This document shows positions 1 to 10,960 of a DNA stretch of 64,000 bases, one piece after another (the first letter of the stretch is position 1; the number at the start of each line of letters is the position of its first letter). The position numbers were made by a program, and so were the translations under genes. The notes below the pieces were generated by a model that was given only the letters and a program-made list of their open reading frames with translations, ran no database searches and was not told the origin of the DNA. This stretch comes from Acidimicrobiia bacterium. GTDB taxonomy: Bacteria; Actinomycetota; Acidimicrobiia; Spongiisociales; ZC4RG35. Location: contig CBDCGI010000005.1 in the NCBI GenBank assembly GCA_965216725.1, positions 82,016 to 146,015 on the forward strand. The letters are read 5' to 3'.

Positions 1-818
1 AGGTTGAAGACGTTGTTCGACCAGTTCTGGATGGTGGTGTAGCGGCACCGCCCTCCTTCTTTGACGATGATCTCGACGACCGCCGAATGGAGGGAATCGG
101 TGGTGTAGACCGGCGCCGAACACCCCTCTACATAGTGAACAAAGGCGCCCTCGTCCACGATGATGAGGGTCCGCTCGAATTGGCCCATGTTCTCCGAGTT
201 GATTCGGAAGTAGGCCTGGAGCGGCTGCTCGACGTGTACACCTGGGGGCACATAGATAAAGGAACCGCCCGACCACACGGCCGAGTTGAGAGCCGCGAAC
301 TTGTTGTCGTTGGGTGGGATGACGGTCCCGAAGTACTCCTTGACCATCTCCGGGTATTCACGGACTGCGGTGTCCATGTCGCAGAAGAGGACACCCAACT
401 TCTCCAAGTCCTCCCGGTTGCGGTGGTACACCACTTCTGACTCATACTGAGCAGTTACGCCAGCCAGGTACTTCCGCTCCGCCTCGGGGATACCGAGCTT
501 TTCGTAGGTCTGCTTGATCGACTCGGGGACCATGTCCCAGTCTTTCTGCTGCTCACCCTCGGGCTTGACGTAGTAGTAGATGTCGTCGAAGTCGATGGTA
601 TCGAGCAGCCCACCACCACCCCACTGCGGAATGGGCTTGCGTAGGAAGCGCTGGTAGGCCTTGAGCCTGAAATCGAGCATCCACTCCGGCTCGCCTTTCA
701 TGGCAGACATGTCGCGGATAACTTGCTCGTCGAGGCCCTTGCGGGGTTCGAAGGCCAGCTCCACATCGTCTTTCCAACCGAGCTGGTAGGCGCCTAGGTC
801 GATATCAACGGTTGCCAC
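1..818 (-). CDS. sufB: Fe-S cluster assembly protein SufB (N-terminal ~270 aa; 3' end runs off the window start)
   Basis: Reverse-strand translation from the GTG at ~818 reads [20 protein letters not shown]...[31 protein letters not shown]...[18 protein letters not shown]...[11 protein letters not shown], which matches conserved SufB blocks. A GAGGTGA RBS sits 8 nt upstream. It is not in the ORF table because it is truncated by the window edge. Confidence 0.8.
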   Translation of the reverse strand, partial: MATVDIDLGAYQLGWKDDVELAFEPRKGLDEQVIRDMSAMKGEPEWMLDFRLKAYQRFLRKPIPQWGGGGLLDTIDFDDIYYYVKPEGEQQKDWDMVPESIKQTYEKLGIPEAERKYLAGVTAQYESEVVYHRNREDLEKLGVLFCDMDTAVREYPEMVKEYFGTVIPPNDNKFAALNSAVWSGGSFIYVPPGVHVEQPLQAYFRINSENMGQFERTLIIVDEGAFVHYVEGCSAPVYTTDSLHSAVVEIIVKEGGRCRYTTIQNWSNNVFN

Positions 819-843
819 TGGGGAATCACCTCGAGAGAATTAT

Positions 844-859
844 CACTATCTGGATAGTG
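844..859. promoter_or_regulatory. Perfect 7-bp inverted repeat CACTATC-TG-GATAGTG about 30 nt upstream of the sufB start; candidate operator (SufR-type?)
   Basis: The palindrome is seen directly in the sequence. Its position relative to sufB and the known SufR control of suf operons in Actinobacteria make this an inference. Confidence 0.3.
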
Positions 860-899
860 CAATTGTACAGGGTGCAACCGACAGGGCGAACCGGCTATT

Positions 900-2495
900 T
901 CAGCTCTCGTGGGCCGCGGCGAGCTCCTCGAAGGAAACCGCGGGAATCCTCCTGACGAGGAACAGGGCAGCTATCACGATCAGACCTGCAGCCAGCAACC
1001 CGAGGCGGAGAGCCTGGACCTGTCCCTTCTCGTACGATTCGACAATTCCCACTTGCTCTTCTGCGCCGAGACTGGAATCCCGCAACGCTTCCTCGAGCAC
1101 CGATGCTTGAACGAACTCGACTTCGCCTTCGAGGCGCACCGAGATCGCGCCGGCAACCTCATCGCTGACCCGTGGGTCGTTTGCAAGATTGTTGAAGAAA
1201 GTCCCAGCCAAAGTGCTGATGACGATCGCACCGATCAATGCCGTGCCCATGGCTGATCCCAGCTGCTGAGCGGTCCACTGCAGACCTCCCGCTTCGCTGC
1301 GATCACGGGCGCCCACGGCCGACTGGATCACGTTGCCCAATTGCGACGCGATGAGGCCCATGCCGACACCCAACAGCGACATCGCTATCCCGAACACGAT
1401 GCCCTCGAGTTGGGGCCGAATCGTGCTGATCAGCACTAGTACCGCGGCCAAGAGGACGATGAGCCCGGCGCGAATGATCTGGCGCGGGTTCCAGCGGCTG
1501 CTCATCCTTGCCCCGATGAAAGACATGACGAACATCGTCACGGAAACCGGGAGCATCTTGAGCCCGGTATCCAAAGCGTTGAGTCCCTGAACCACCTGCA
1601 GGTACAACGGAATCGAGAAGAAGACCCCCATCAGGATCACATTCTGAGCCGTTGCCATCTTCAGGCCGGCATTGAGAGGTTTTACGTCGAGAAGCTTGAG
1701 CTGGAAGAGCGGGTCCTTCCCCTGAGCGATTCTCCATTCGGTCCAGCGTGTGAAGAGTCCGAGGATCACAAGCCCGCCAGCTGCGACAAAGGGGGTCAGG
1801 GCGAGTCCGAATGGGGCCCAGGGGGAGTCCTTGTCCAACACCCAACCCCAAGTTGACGCGGACAACATCGCCAGGACCACCATCGAGAGTCCCACCGCCG
1901 TCATTGCCGAACCGACCCAATCGACCTTCGGAGCCGGCTTGGGACCGGGCACATCGGCAATCATCCCCACCAGGGCCACGATGCCCAGCGCCAGGATCAC
2001 CTCGCCGACAAATACGTATCGCCAGGTGAACTCGGTGGTTACCCAACCGCCAAGGATGGGACCGACTGCGATTCCGGCCCCTGCCACACCACCGATAACG
2101 CCGTAGGCAACCGCCCTGTCGGCTCCCTTGTAGTTGCCTGCGATCAACGCCACCAGGGCGGGCATGACGAGAGCCGCCCCAATTCCCTCGAGCACCGACC
2201 ATCCCAATAGGAGCATTGGGACAGTCTGGGAAACGGCGGTGAGAGCCGATCCAGCACCGTAGATGATCAAGCCGATCGCAAAAGCCCGCTTCCGGCCCCA
2301 GCGATCTCCCAGCTTTCCTCCGGTGATCATCAACGCGGCCATGACCAGCGCGTAAAAAGTGATCACGCCCTGAATGGTGGTAACCGTGGTGTCGAAGTCC
2401 TCGACCAGCTGGCTGATCGAGACATTCATGACCGCCTGGTCCAGAACCATCAAGAACTGGGCAACAGACAGGACAGCTAGAGCACGCCACTTCAC
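900..2495 (-). CDS. MFS transporter, DHA2 (EmrB/QacA) drug-efflux family, about 14 TMS
   Basis: The 531-aa ORF is very hydrophobic with many predicted TM segments. N-terminal motifs LMVLDQAVMNVSI...GKLGDRWGRKR are typical of DHA2 MFS. Confidence 0.85.
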   Translation of the reverse strand: MKWRALAVLSVAQFLMVLDQAVMNVSISQLVEDFDTTVTTIQGVITFYALVMAALMITGGKLGDRWGRKRAFAIGLIIYGAGSALTAVSQTVPMLLLGWSVLEGIGAALVMPALVALIAGNYKGADRAVAYGVIGGVAGAGIAVGPILGGWVTTEFTWRYVFVGEVILALGIVALVGMIADVPGPKPAPKVDWVGSAMTAVGLSMVVLAMLSASTWGWVLDKDSPWAPFGLALTPFVAAGGLVILGLFTRWTEWRIAQGKDPLFQLKLLDVKPLNAGLKMATAQNVILMGVFFSIPLYLQVVQGLNALDTGLKMLPVSVTMFVMSFIGARMSSRWNPRQIIRAGLIVLLAAVLVLISTIRPQLEGIVFGIAMSLLGVGMGLIASQLGNVIQSAVGARDRSEAGGLQWTAQQLGSAMGTALIGAIVISTLAGTFFNNLANDPRVSDEVAGAISVRLEGEVEFVQASVLEEALRDSSLGAEEQVGIVESYEKGQVQALRLGLLAAGLIVIAALFLVRRIPAVSFEELAAAHES

Positions 2496-2564
2496 AGCGC
2501 GGGCAATCTAGCCAACTATCGCTCCGCGAGCCGTGACGCTGCCGCACCTGCGATCAGACCCCAC

Positions 2565-2800
2565 ACTTCGAGCCTGCAGCAGAACGCGCCATACGCGACT
2601 CAATGCGGGGTCGACGTAAGGATCGCAACCGCCAGTCCACGAGCCTCGCACGTCCCGTCGAGCCTGCAGAAGAACGCGCCATGCGCGACTAAATGCAGGC
2701 TCGACGTATCGACCCCAACCGCCACTCCACGAGCCTGCACCCGAGCGCGCTATGCGCGAATCAACGCAGGGTCGACACAAGGCGAGGCGTCGCGCCCCGA
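2565..2800. repeat. About 3 imperfect tandem repeat units (70-90 bp) in the region 5' of the MFS gene
   Basis: Repeated blocks gagcctgca..aacgcgccat(a/g)cgcgact(c/a)aatgc.gg.tcgacg.a...aaccgcca(g/c)tccac are visible at roughly 2570, 2641 and 2731. Confidence 0.6.
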
Positions 2801-2803
2801 CCC

Positions 2804-3661
2804 TCAGCCAGCCAGCCGGGCAACGATGCGGACGATGGGCCAAGCCGCGAATTCGAACATGGGCTCCAACTCCAACAGCATTTCTCTGACGGCTGCCGGC
2901 CGGTCGTAGTGACTCTGGTCTGGATCGGAGAGATACCGCTCCTTCACCCGCATCACCTTCTCCCCCAGTTCGACCAGCTCGGCGTCTCCGTAGGCGTCGA
3001 GATCGAGTGGCATCGTGAACGGCTCAGGGTGGTCGGCAAACTCGATGGAGAAGCCCCTCGACTGAAACGTGGTCACCAGCATCGGCACCTTCAGCCCGAA
3101 GCCGGTCTCACCGAAAGGCCCTTCACGCGGAGGCAAGCCGAGGTATCTGACGACTTCACCGAGCCTGGCCTGTCGGTCACCGGAGAGAAGCTCGTCAACA
3201 GAAGGTGGAGCAACACGTGCCGGCACGTCTTCAAACGAGACGAATTCGTGAAAGGCTGCTACGAGTCGACCACCGGGGCGGAGGACGGTGGCGAACTCCT
3301 CTGCCATCGAATCCGGATCTGCCCGGTCGCCATCCCACGTCGGAAACTGAAACACCATGCGAGCCACAGCCAGGTCGAAGCTGTCGGCTGCGAAACTCGT
3401 TGCCACCGAACCAGCTGCGATGTTCCCTCGCCATTCAATAGCACCGTCCCGGTTAGGGACCTCGGGCTCGGGCCGAGTGGCTACCACTCGGGTAGCTCCG
3501 GCGTCCGACAAGTATTCCGCGAGATCACCCAAGCCCGCTGAGAAGTCCAGCACCTCCGCGCCCTTCGCCCAATCTGGCGCCACGAGGTTTTCCCTGAGGT
3601 AGTAGACCAGCGGCCGAATCAGATGCCAGGCGCGTCTTTCTTCCCACGTCATCAAGGGCAA
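2804..3661 (-). CDS. Class I SAM-dependent methyltransferase
   Basis: Motif I VLDFSAGLGDL and a downstream acidic motif are present. The ORF is 285 aa. Confidence 0.65.
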   Translation of the reverse strand: MPLMTWEERRAWHLIRPLVYYLRENLVAPDWAKGAEVLDFSAGLGDLAEYLSDAGATRVVATRPEPEVPNRDGAIEWRGNIAAGSVATSFAADSFDLAVARMVFQFPTWDGDRADPDSMAEEFATVLRPGGRLVAAFHEFVSFEDVPARVAPPSVDELLSGDRQARLGEVVRYLGLPPREGPFGETGFGLKVPMLVTTFQSRGFSIEFADHPEPFTMPLDLDAYGDAELVELGEKVMRVKERYLSDPDQSHYDRPAAVREMLLELEPMFEFAAWPIVRIVARLAG

Positions 3662-3696
3662 AGGTATACGGCCCCGCGCGGGTTAGTTTCAGGAAG

Positions 3697-4158
3697 ATGC
3701 CAGTGATCGTGGTTGGCGCCGATACCGAACCGGGGCGCCGCATTGTCGAAGCAATGGTTGAGCCGGACCGCGAGGTGAGGGCTTTCGTCAGTGATGTCGT
3801 CGAAGCGACGCGGCTGAAGTCTCTCGGGATCAAAGTGGCCATTGGCGACGTGTCCGACGAGACCCACATCGAAGGTGCCGCAACCCACTGCTTCAGCGCC
3901 GTCCTGGTCGGTGAGGCAGCCGTGGACGAGAGAGATCGGTCTTTTGCTGACGACCCAACGGCAGTCCATATTGCGTGGGCCAGGGGCATTGCGGCGTCAA
4001 ATGTCACACGCGCCATTTGGGTGCTCGATGGCGAGCCCCCGACATTGGGAAGTGAAGAAGTCGCAATCGTCAGTCCGGCCGATCCCGACCTGGTCGAGAA
4101 GGTGGCCGCCCTCGACGATGCTCAGATGATCGAGAAGCGGTCCTCGAATCCCGAGTAG
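3697..4158 (+). CDS. Small NAD(P)-binding Rossmann-like protein (NmrA/atypical SDR-like), function unknown
   Basis: The N-terminus VIVVGADTEPGRRIVEAM resembles the GxxGxxG-type dinucleotide fold. It is short at 153 aa. Confidence 0.4.
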   Translation: MPVIVVGADTEPGRRIVEAMVEPDREVRAFVSDVVEATRLKSLGIKVAIGDVSDETHIEGAATHCFSAVLVGEAAVDERDRSFADDPTAVHIAWARGIAASNVTRAIWVLDGEPPTLGSEEVAIVSPADPDLVEKVAALDDAQMIEKRSSNPE

Positions 4159-4745
4159 AAGGCTAAGAAGCGGAGGCTCTCCAGCGCCTCACTGTGAGCC
4201 GCGGCCAGCAGTGGCCCCGGGTCCACGCTCTTTCCATTGAGGTCCAGCTCGAAGTGGGTGTGGGGACTGGTCCATTCCGCGTTTCCCGAGTCGCCGACGA
4301 AACCGATCAACTGTCCAGCCGAAACGTAGGTGCCCTCCTCAACCTCGTTGGCCACCGTTATCGACCAGGGAGCACGGCCGTCGTCGGTGTTGGGATTGTC
4401 GTTGTTGAGGTGCATGTACGAGGAGGTCCATCCGCCGTAATGGTTGATGACGACGTACCGCCCGGCCCTTCGGGACTCCGCCACACGCTCCACAAATCCT
4501 TCTGCGATGGCGTACACAGGAGTCAACTTCGGCGCCATGAGATCGTTGCCTCGATGAGCCCGTCCTCCTGCCCTCCGAGCGCCCCAATCGTCGTGGTGCG
4601 TCGTGACTTCGGCAGTCTGGGGAAAGACAATCTCGAACGGCGGCTCCTCGGCGCCCGCCCGGAAAGCCGGGATGAGCGAAACGGCAAGAATCGTGGAAAC
4701 GAGCACGGCCGCCCGAAGGCGAGCCAAAGTCCTGGAACGCGTCAC
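4122..4745 (-). CDS. Secreted M23 family metallopeptidase (peptidoglycan endopeptidase-like)
   Basis: It has a signal peptide. HRGNDL (HxxxD) and HTHFEL (HxH) motifs are characteristic of M23/LytM. Confidence 0.7.
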   Translation of the reverse strand: MTRSRTLARLRAAVLVSTILAVSLIPAFRAGAEEPPFEIVFPQTAEVTTHHDDWGARRAGGRAHRGNDLMAPKLTPVYAIAEGFVERVAESRRAGRYVVINHYGGWTSSYMHLNNDNPNTDDGRAPWSITVANEVEEGTYVSAGQLIGFVGDSGNAEWTSPHTHFELDLNGKSVDPGPLLAAAHSEALESLRFLAFYSGFEDRFSII

Positions 4746-4837
4746 AAAGAAGCCTCCGGTGTCTTGGGGTGTGGGACAGACCTGGTGTCCCTCGAGGTAA
4801 GAACCCTAAGAAAGCACCTCTGCCTATGCCAACCGCA

Positions 4838-5317
4838 TCAGGCTTCCTCGTCTGTCTGCGCAGGGCCCGCCGGGGACCGCTGCGGACGCTGGCGCACCGC
4901 AAATCGCAGACGAGACACCGGATCTTCGTCGACCGAGATGACAAACGAATAGGAGCCTTCACTTGCGAATGACAGGTTGTTGAAGGTGAAGGAGCGGACA
5001 ATGCCGAAGTCCGTCGTCAGCGGGCTCTTGGCATGAGAGTGGATCGAAACTCGATGCGACAGGGGACGTGGAAGGAGTGGCTTTCCGTCGGCGTCTTGAA
5101 GCTCGACCGAAAGAAGAAGCGTGTCACCGGCCCACGAGCTTGGGACCCGGAGGCGGAGCCCGATTCCGAGACTTGGATGTCGTGCCGGGAAACTCCCCAC
5201 CCATATCGTGTCCCAACCGCCGCCAAGGACGTACAGTTTCCCACGGACGGCTTGGACCGAGTCGGCGAGGAGGGCCACATCTACGGTCGGCCCAATCGAA
5301 TCTGGGGTCATGTCCAC
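4838..5317 (-). CDS. Hypothetical protein (159 aa)
   Basis: The ORF has reasonable codon bias and sits in the gap between the M23 peptidase and ino1. No recognizable motif was found. Confidence 0.35.
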   Translation of the reverse strand: MDMTPDSIGPTVDVALLADSVQAVRGKLYVLGGGWDTIWVGSFPARHPSLGIGLRLRVPSSWAGDTLLLSVELQDADGKPLLPRPLSHRVSIHSHAKSPLTTDFGIVRSFTFNNLSFASEGSYSFVISVDEDPVSRLRFAVRQRPQRSPAGPAQTDEEA

Positions 5318-5388
5318 GTCACCTCAGCCTAGAACCAGGTTCACCTTCGCGATCGCGGTTCCCTATCGTCAGTACCTCAGGAGGAGTC

Positions 5389-6706
<1,318 letters not shown>

Positions 6707-6711
<5 letters not shown>

Positions 6712-7115
6712 GCGGCGACGATCTCCGGATCGGTGAATGGGTCATTCCGGGAGCGGAGCTCGAAGAGAGATTCGACACCTCCGGTGGGCCCGGCGGTCAG
6801 CACGCCAACCGCACCCAGAGTGCGGTGACCCTTCGTCTTGACGTGTCGGCGTCATCGCTACCGGAGGAAGCGAGGGCCAAGCTGGTTGCGCGGCTGGGGA
6901 CAACCGTTGAGGTGGTCGCATCAGAATCTCGGTCGCAGTGGCGAAACCGGTCCATCGCCCGCAAACTTCTAACCGAGAAGCTGGAAGAAGCACTTGTAGA
7001 TCCCGCAGTGCGACGACCCACCCGGCCGACTCGGGCCTCGAAGGAAAAGCGACTCCAGGAAAAGAAGGCCCGTAGCAAGATCAAGCGAGACCGCCGCCCT
7101 CCAGAAATCGAATGA
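6707..7115 (+). CDS. arfB: Alternative ribosome-rescue factor ArfB (peptidyl-tRNA hydrolase, RF-1 domain)
   Basis: It has a GGQ motif (GPGGQHANRTQSAV) and a basic C-terminal tail (KEKRLQEKKARSKIKRDRR). The GTG start overlaps the ino1 stop. Confidence 0.75.
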
Positions 7116-7131
7116 GCCCTATGGTCGCCTG

Positions 7132-7779
7132 ATGGAGATGACATCAGACCGCTGGGATTACACCGAACGCTATTCGGGTGAGGTTTTTGGGCAACAAGAC
7201 CCCCACCTCGCCGGCCTGATGGCGGAGGCAGTCGCCGCGGGGCTTCCCAACATCGCAGTCTCGGCCGATGTGGGAAGACTGCTGATGATCTTGACTTCCC
7301 TCACCCGGGGACGGCTGGCGGTTGAAGTCGGGACCCTCGGAGGGTATTCGGGTATCTGGATAGCGCGTGGCCTCTCCCCCACGGGACGTCTGATCACGAT
7401 CGAGTACGAGGATCGCCATGCCGATTTCGCCGAGGAGCAGTTTCGGATTGCGGGGCTTGAGAGTCGGGTCGAGGTACGTCGGGGTGCCGGGATCGAAGTG
7501 CTTGGGGATCTGGTGGCCGAGTTGGGCGCGGGAACGGTGGATGTGCTCTTCCTGGATGCGGTGAAGACCGAGTACGTCGACTACTTCAGGATTGGTAGGG
7601 AGTTTGTGGCGCCGGGAGGCTTGGTGGTCGCCGACAATGTCTATGGGACCGGCAGAGGGTGGATCGACGAGGGCTACGGCACCGACGATTTCAATCGGTT
7701 GGTGGCAGACGATCCGGAGTTCGAGGCGGTGGCGGTTCCGCTACGGCAGGGGTTGTTGATTGCACGGCGGAATGGGTAG
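7132..7779 (+). CDS. Class I SAM-dependent O-methyltransferase (family 3, caffeoyl-CoA OMT-like)
   Basis: VEVGTLGGYSGIWIA, VLFLDAVKTEY and ADNV motifs are present. The ORF is 215 aa. Confidence 0.7.
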   Translation: MEMTSDRWDYTERYSGEVFGQQDPHLAGLMAEAVAAGLPNIAVSADVGRLLMILTSLTRGRLAVEVGTLGGYSGIWIARGLSPTGRLITIEYEDRHADFAEEQFRIAGLESRVEVRRGAGIEVLGDLVAELGAGTVDVLFLDAVKTEYVDYFRIGREFVAPGGLVVADNVYGTGRGWIDEGYGTDDFNRLVADDPEFEAVAVPLRQGLLIARRNG

Positions 7780-7907
7780 GCGGCTGTCAGTCAATTCTGC
7801 GCAGCGTTTGTCCCATATTTGAAGCTCTGCTCCTGAGGAGCACGGTGACAGGCTTGTGGTGGGTAGTCGGTCTGCTTATTGAACGAAATGGTGCTCCCGG
7901 AAGTCGG

Positions 7908-9090
7908 TCAAACCTCGAAGAGGTCCCTGATAGCCGTGGTATCGGGTTTGCCCAGGGGTGTGGTCGGTATCTGACCAACCCGCCTCACCCTTTTTGGCTT
8001 GGCGTATGGCGGAAGCTCCGCCGATTGGAGGGAGTCGGGCTCAGCACTTCCGGTATAGGCCACGCATGTCTCATTTCCCCATTCGTTCGACGGAAGAGCC
8101 ACGACAACCGCCTGTTCCACCCCTGGCAATGCTTCGACGGCGGTCTGGACCAGCGACCGACTCACATTCTCGCCGCCGGTGATGATCATGTCGTCGGCAC
8201 GACCGCTCACCATAAGGGCGCCCTCATCGTCGAGCTCCCCGAGGTCACCGGTGACCAGCCAGCCCTCCTGATCGATGAAACGGGAGGAGATCATCGGGCC
8301 CCGAACCAGAATTCTCTGATCGTCGCGAATTCGGAGCTCGACTCCGGGAAGCGGATGAGCCTTCTTCGCAACCGGCGAGCCCGGTTTCAGTGTCGCCACC
8401 TGCCCGCAGGTCTCGGTCATCCCGTAGGTGGGCAACGCCGGGATACCGGCATGGTGGGCCCTTTCCAACAAACCATCAGGAATCGGGCCACCGCCAACGA
8501 GAACCGCTTTCAGATCTGAATAGGGGCCGGGGTCAGCGTCGAGGGCCCTGATCAGCATCGTGGGCACCACCGAAGCGATGGTCACATCACGGAGAGCGGC
8601 GGCAAATGTCTCGGGATCAAACTCCTCCAAGAGCCTGACGCCCCCCTCCGCGTAGGCGGAGCGGATGACGATCCCGAATCCAGCCACGTGGTGGAGCGGC
8701 ATGCGCCAACAGCCACACATCATCTGAGTCCGTGGTCCGAGATGAGCCATCGAAGCTGCGGCGGCCGACGCCCAATTCGTCACGGTCAGTGGGATCGGCT
8801 TGGGTTCGCTGTCGTGCCAGACGTGAACACGACGGTCGCCGCCTCGTCTTCGAGGGAGAGGCCCAGGGTCGGGCTGACCGGGTCCCAGCAGTACCGGCAG
8901 TCCCGTGGTCGCTGCAGCGAAGAATGGCCAGGATCGACTCGATTGTCAGAGAGGGCCGGAGAACATCAGTGCCAACGTGGAGATTTCGCACGATGGCAGC
9001 GGCGTTGCCGTAGGTGAGCTGGCGCGCTCCATCGTCGAGAAAGACCCGATCACTTTGCGCGTTTTCCAACCACTCCAACATCAACACGAT
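7908..9090 (-). pseudogene. menE: o-Succinylbenzoate-CoA ligase MenE with at least 2 frame disruptions (or sequencing errors)
   Basis: The N-terminus MLEWLENAQSDRVFLDDGARQLTYGNAAA... (8617..9147 frame) and the C-terminal 291 aa (7908..8783 frame) both belong to AMP-binding MenE. The ATP motif FTSGTTANPK can only be read by switching frames at a CCC run (~8805) and again upstream at ~8870-8900. Confidence 0.6.
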
Positions 9091-9101
9091 CTTCCCATAC
9101 C

Positions 9102-9152
9102 CCGTTCTGTGCGTCTTAACCGCGGACTGTCCGCGGTTAAGGCGCACAGAAG
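9102..9152. promoter_or_regulatory. 19-bp inverted repeat (ctgtgcgtcttaaccgcgg / ccgcggttaaggcgcacag, 1 mismatch) filling the divergent menE-menB intergenic region
   Basis: The repeat is seen directly. Its outer arms ccgttctgtgc/gcacagaagg are shared with the hairpin at 26133-26163. Confidence 0.5.
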
Positions 9153-9170
9153 GTCGTATCCTGGCTGATC

Positions 9171-10071
9171 GTGGTTTCTGAGATCTTCAACGCCGAGCTT
9201 TGGCAGGAAGTGGAAGGCTTCGACTTCACCGACATCACCTATCACCGGGCTCGTGAGGCCGGTGTGGTGCGGGTCGCTTTCGACCGCGCTGACGTCCGAA
9301 ACGCATTTCGACCCCACACGGTCGACGAGCTCTACACCGCGCTGGATCACGCCCGTCAGACCACCGACGTCGGATGTGTTCTCCTCACCGGGAACGGTCC
9401 CTCACCAAAAGACGGAGGATGGGCCTTTTGCTCGGGAGGTGACCAAAGGATTCGAGGCCGGGACGGCTACAAGTACGCCGAAGGTGAAGAACCTACGGCC
9501 GTGGACCCGGCCCGGACCGGACGTCTCCACATCCTGGAGGTGCAGCGACTCATCAGGTTCATGCCCAAAGTCGTGATCGCCGTCGTTCCAGGCTGGGCCG
9601 TGGGCGGAGGCCACTCTCTCCATGTCGTCTGCGACTCTGACGTTGGCCTCGGCCGAGCACGCAATCTTCAAACAGACCGACGCCGACGTAGCCTCCTACG
9701 ACGCCGGATACGGGTCTGCGTATCTGGCCCGTCAAGTCGGTCAGAAGCGGGCTCGGGAGATCTTCTTCTTGGGTCGCGACTACAGCGCTCAGCAGGCCTA
9801 CGAGATGGGAATGGTCAACGCGGTTGTACCTCACGCCGATCTCGAAACGACCGCCCTGCAGTGGGGAGGGGAGATCGTTACCAAGAGCCCAACGGCCCAG
9901 CGCATGCTCAAGTTCGCCTTCAACATGATCGACGACGGGCTGGCCGGCCAGCAGATATTCGCCGGTGAGGCGACCCGCCTCGGCTATATGACCGACGAGG
10001 CGCAGGAAGGCCGCGATTCTTTCCTAGAAAAACGCGATCCTGACTTTGGCCGGTTTCCCTGGCACTACTGA
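9171..10071 (+). pseudogene. menB: 1,4-Dihydroxy-2-naphthoyl-CoA synthase MenB with a +1 frameshift near 9636 (or sequencing error)
   Basis: DGGWAFCSGGDQ...[12 protein letters not shown] is read in frame 1. The continuation [44 protein letters not shown]... is in frame 2. One extra nucleotide in 'gac t ctg acg' breaks the conserved block. Confidence 0.6.
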
Positions 10072-10960
10072 GCCATTGACGCGGTTCCAGGCCTGGAAAA
10101 CGGCGGCTCGGGTTCACACGCTGCCGGCGGCGCTAGTCCCGGTGCTGGTCGGAGCAGGTCTCGCTGCCGGCGACGACGCGTTCAATCCTGCCGCGTTTGG
10201 CTGGGCATTGGCAGGGGCGCTAGCCATTCAGGTGGCCGCCAACTTCGCCAACGACGTGTCGGACGCGAGTCGGGGCGCCGACACCCCAGATCGACTCGGA
10301 CCGCCAAGAATGGTCGCCCAAGGCGAGATCACCCCTCGCCAGATGTGGGGCGGCGTGATGGTGGCCCTCACCGTCGCGCTAGGGGCGGGCGTGGCGCTGA
10401 CCATCATCGCCGGGCCCATCATCCTCCTGATCGGCGTTGCCTCGGTGGCAGCGATGCTCGGCTACGTAGGGGGACCGGCGCCGTACGGGTATCGGGGTCT
10501 CGGGGAAGTGTTTGTGTTCGTGTTCTTCGGATTGGTGGCGACCGTGGGCGGCAGATACGTCCATGACACAAGTGCGCCTCTGGACGCGTGGCTGCTGGCA
10601 ATCCCGATCGGGATGCTGGCCAGTGCAATCCTCGTCGCCAACAACTACAGAGACATCGACACCGATGCCGCTGCCGGGAAAAGGACGCTCGCCGTGATCG
10701 TTGGCCATGAGTCAACCAAACGCTTGTTCGCGACCTTCATCTACGGCGCCCTCGCCCTGATTGTCATATTCGGTGCCGTGGGCTGGACGCCGCGAGCCAC
10801 GATGCTTGCCGGCTTCTTGCTTCCGTTTGCCACGGTTCCGGTACGGATCCTCAGCCTCAAGACCGACAGTTTCGCCCTGATCAGGGCGCTCAAAATGACC
10901 GCGATCCTGCAATTGGTGACCGGACTCGCAGTTGCTTCGGGAGCCGCGATAACTCTTTGA
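10046..10960 (+). CDS. menA: 1,4-Dihydroxy-2-naphthoate polyprenyltransferase MenA (UbiA family)
   Basis: It has 8-9 TMS. The NNYRDIDTD Asp-rich motif and N-terminal [20 protein letters not shown] are present. It overlaps the menB 3' end. An alternative TTG start lies at ~10076. Confidence 0.85.
   Translation: MAGFPGTTEPLTRFQAWKTAARVHTLPAALVPVLVGAGLAAGDDAFNPAAFGWALAGALAIQVAANFANDVSDASRGADTPDRLGPPRMVAQGEITPRQMWGGVMVALTVALGAGVALTIIAGPIILLIGVASVAAMLGYVGGPAPYGYRGLGEVFVFVFFGLVATVGGRYVHDTSAPLDAWLLAIPIGMLASAILVANNYRDIDTDAAAGKRTLAVIVGHESTKRLFATFIYGALALIVIFGAVGWTPRATMLAGFLLPFATVPVRILSLKTDSFALIRALKMTAILQLVTGLAVASGAAITL

Noticed and set aside
1303-2547. 414-aa Arg/Gly-rich ORF on the minus strand overlapping the MFS transporter
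   Set aside because: It is an alternative frame of a bona fide, fully hydrophobic MFS gene. Its Arg-rich composition is typical of a wrong-frame translation of GC-rich DNA.
2565-2800. Possible CRISPR array
   Set aside because: The units are long (70-90 bp), imperfect, and not separated by unique spacers. No cas genes are nearby.
5068-5388. N-terminal 107-aa extension of the ino1 ORF
   Set aside because: There is no similarity to Ino1 before MANKPEIAP, and an AGGAGG RBS precedes the internal ATG at 5389. The extension overlaps a minus-strand ORF.
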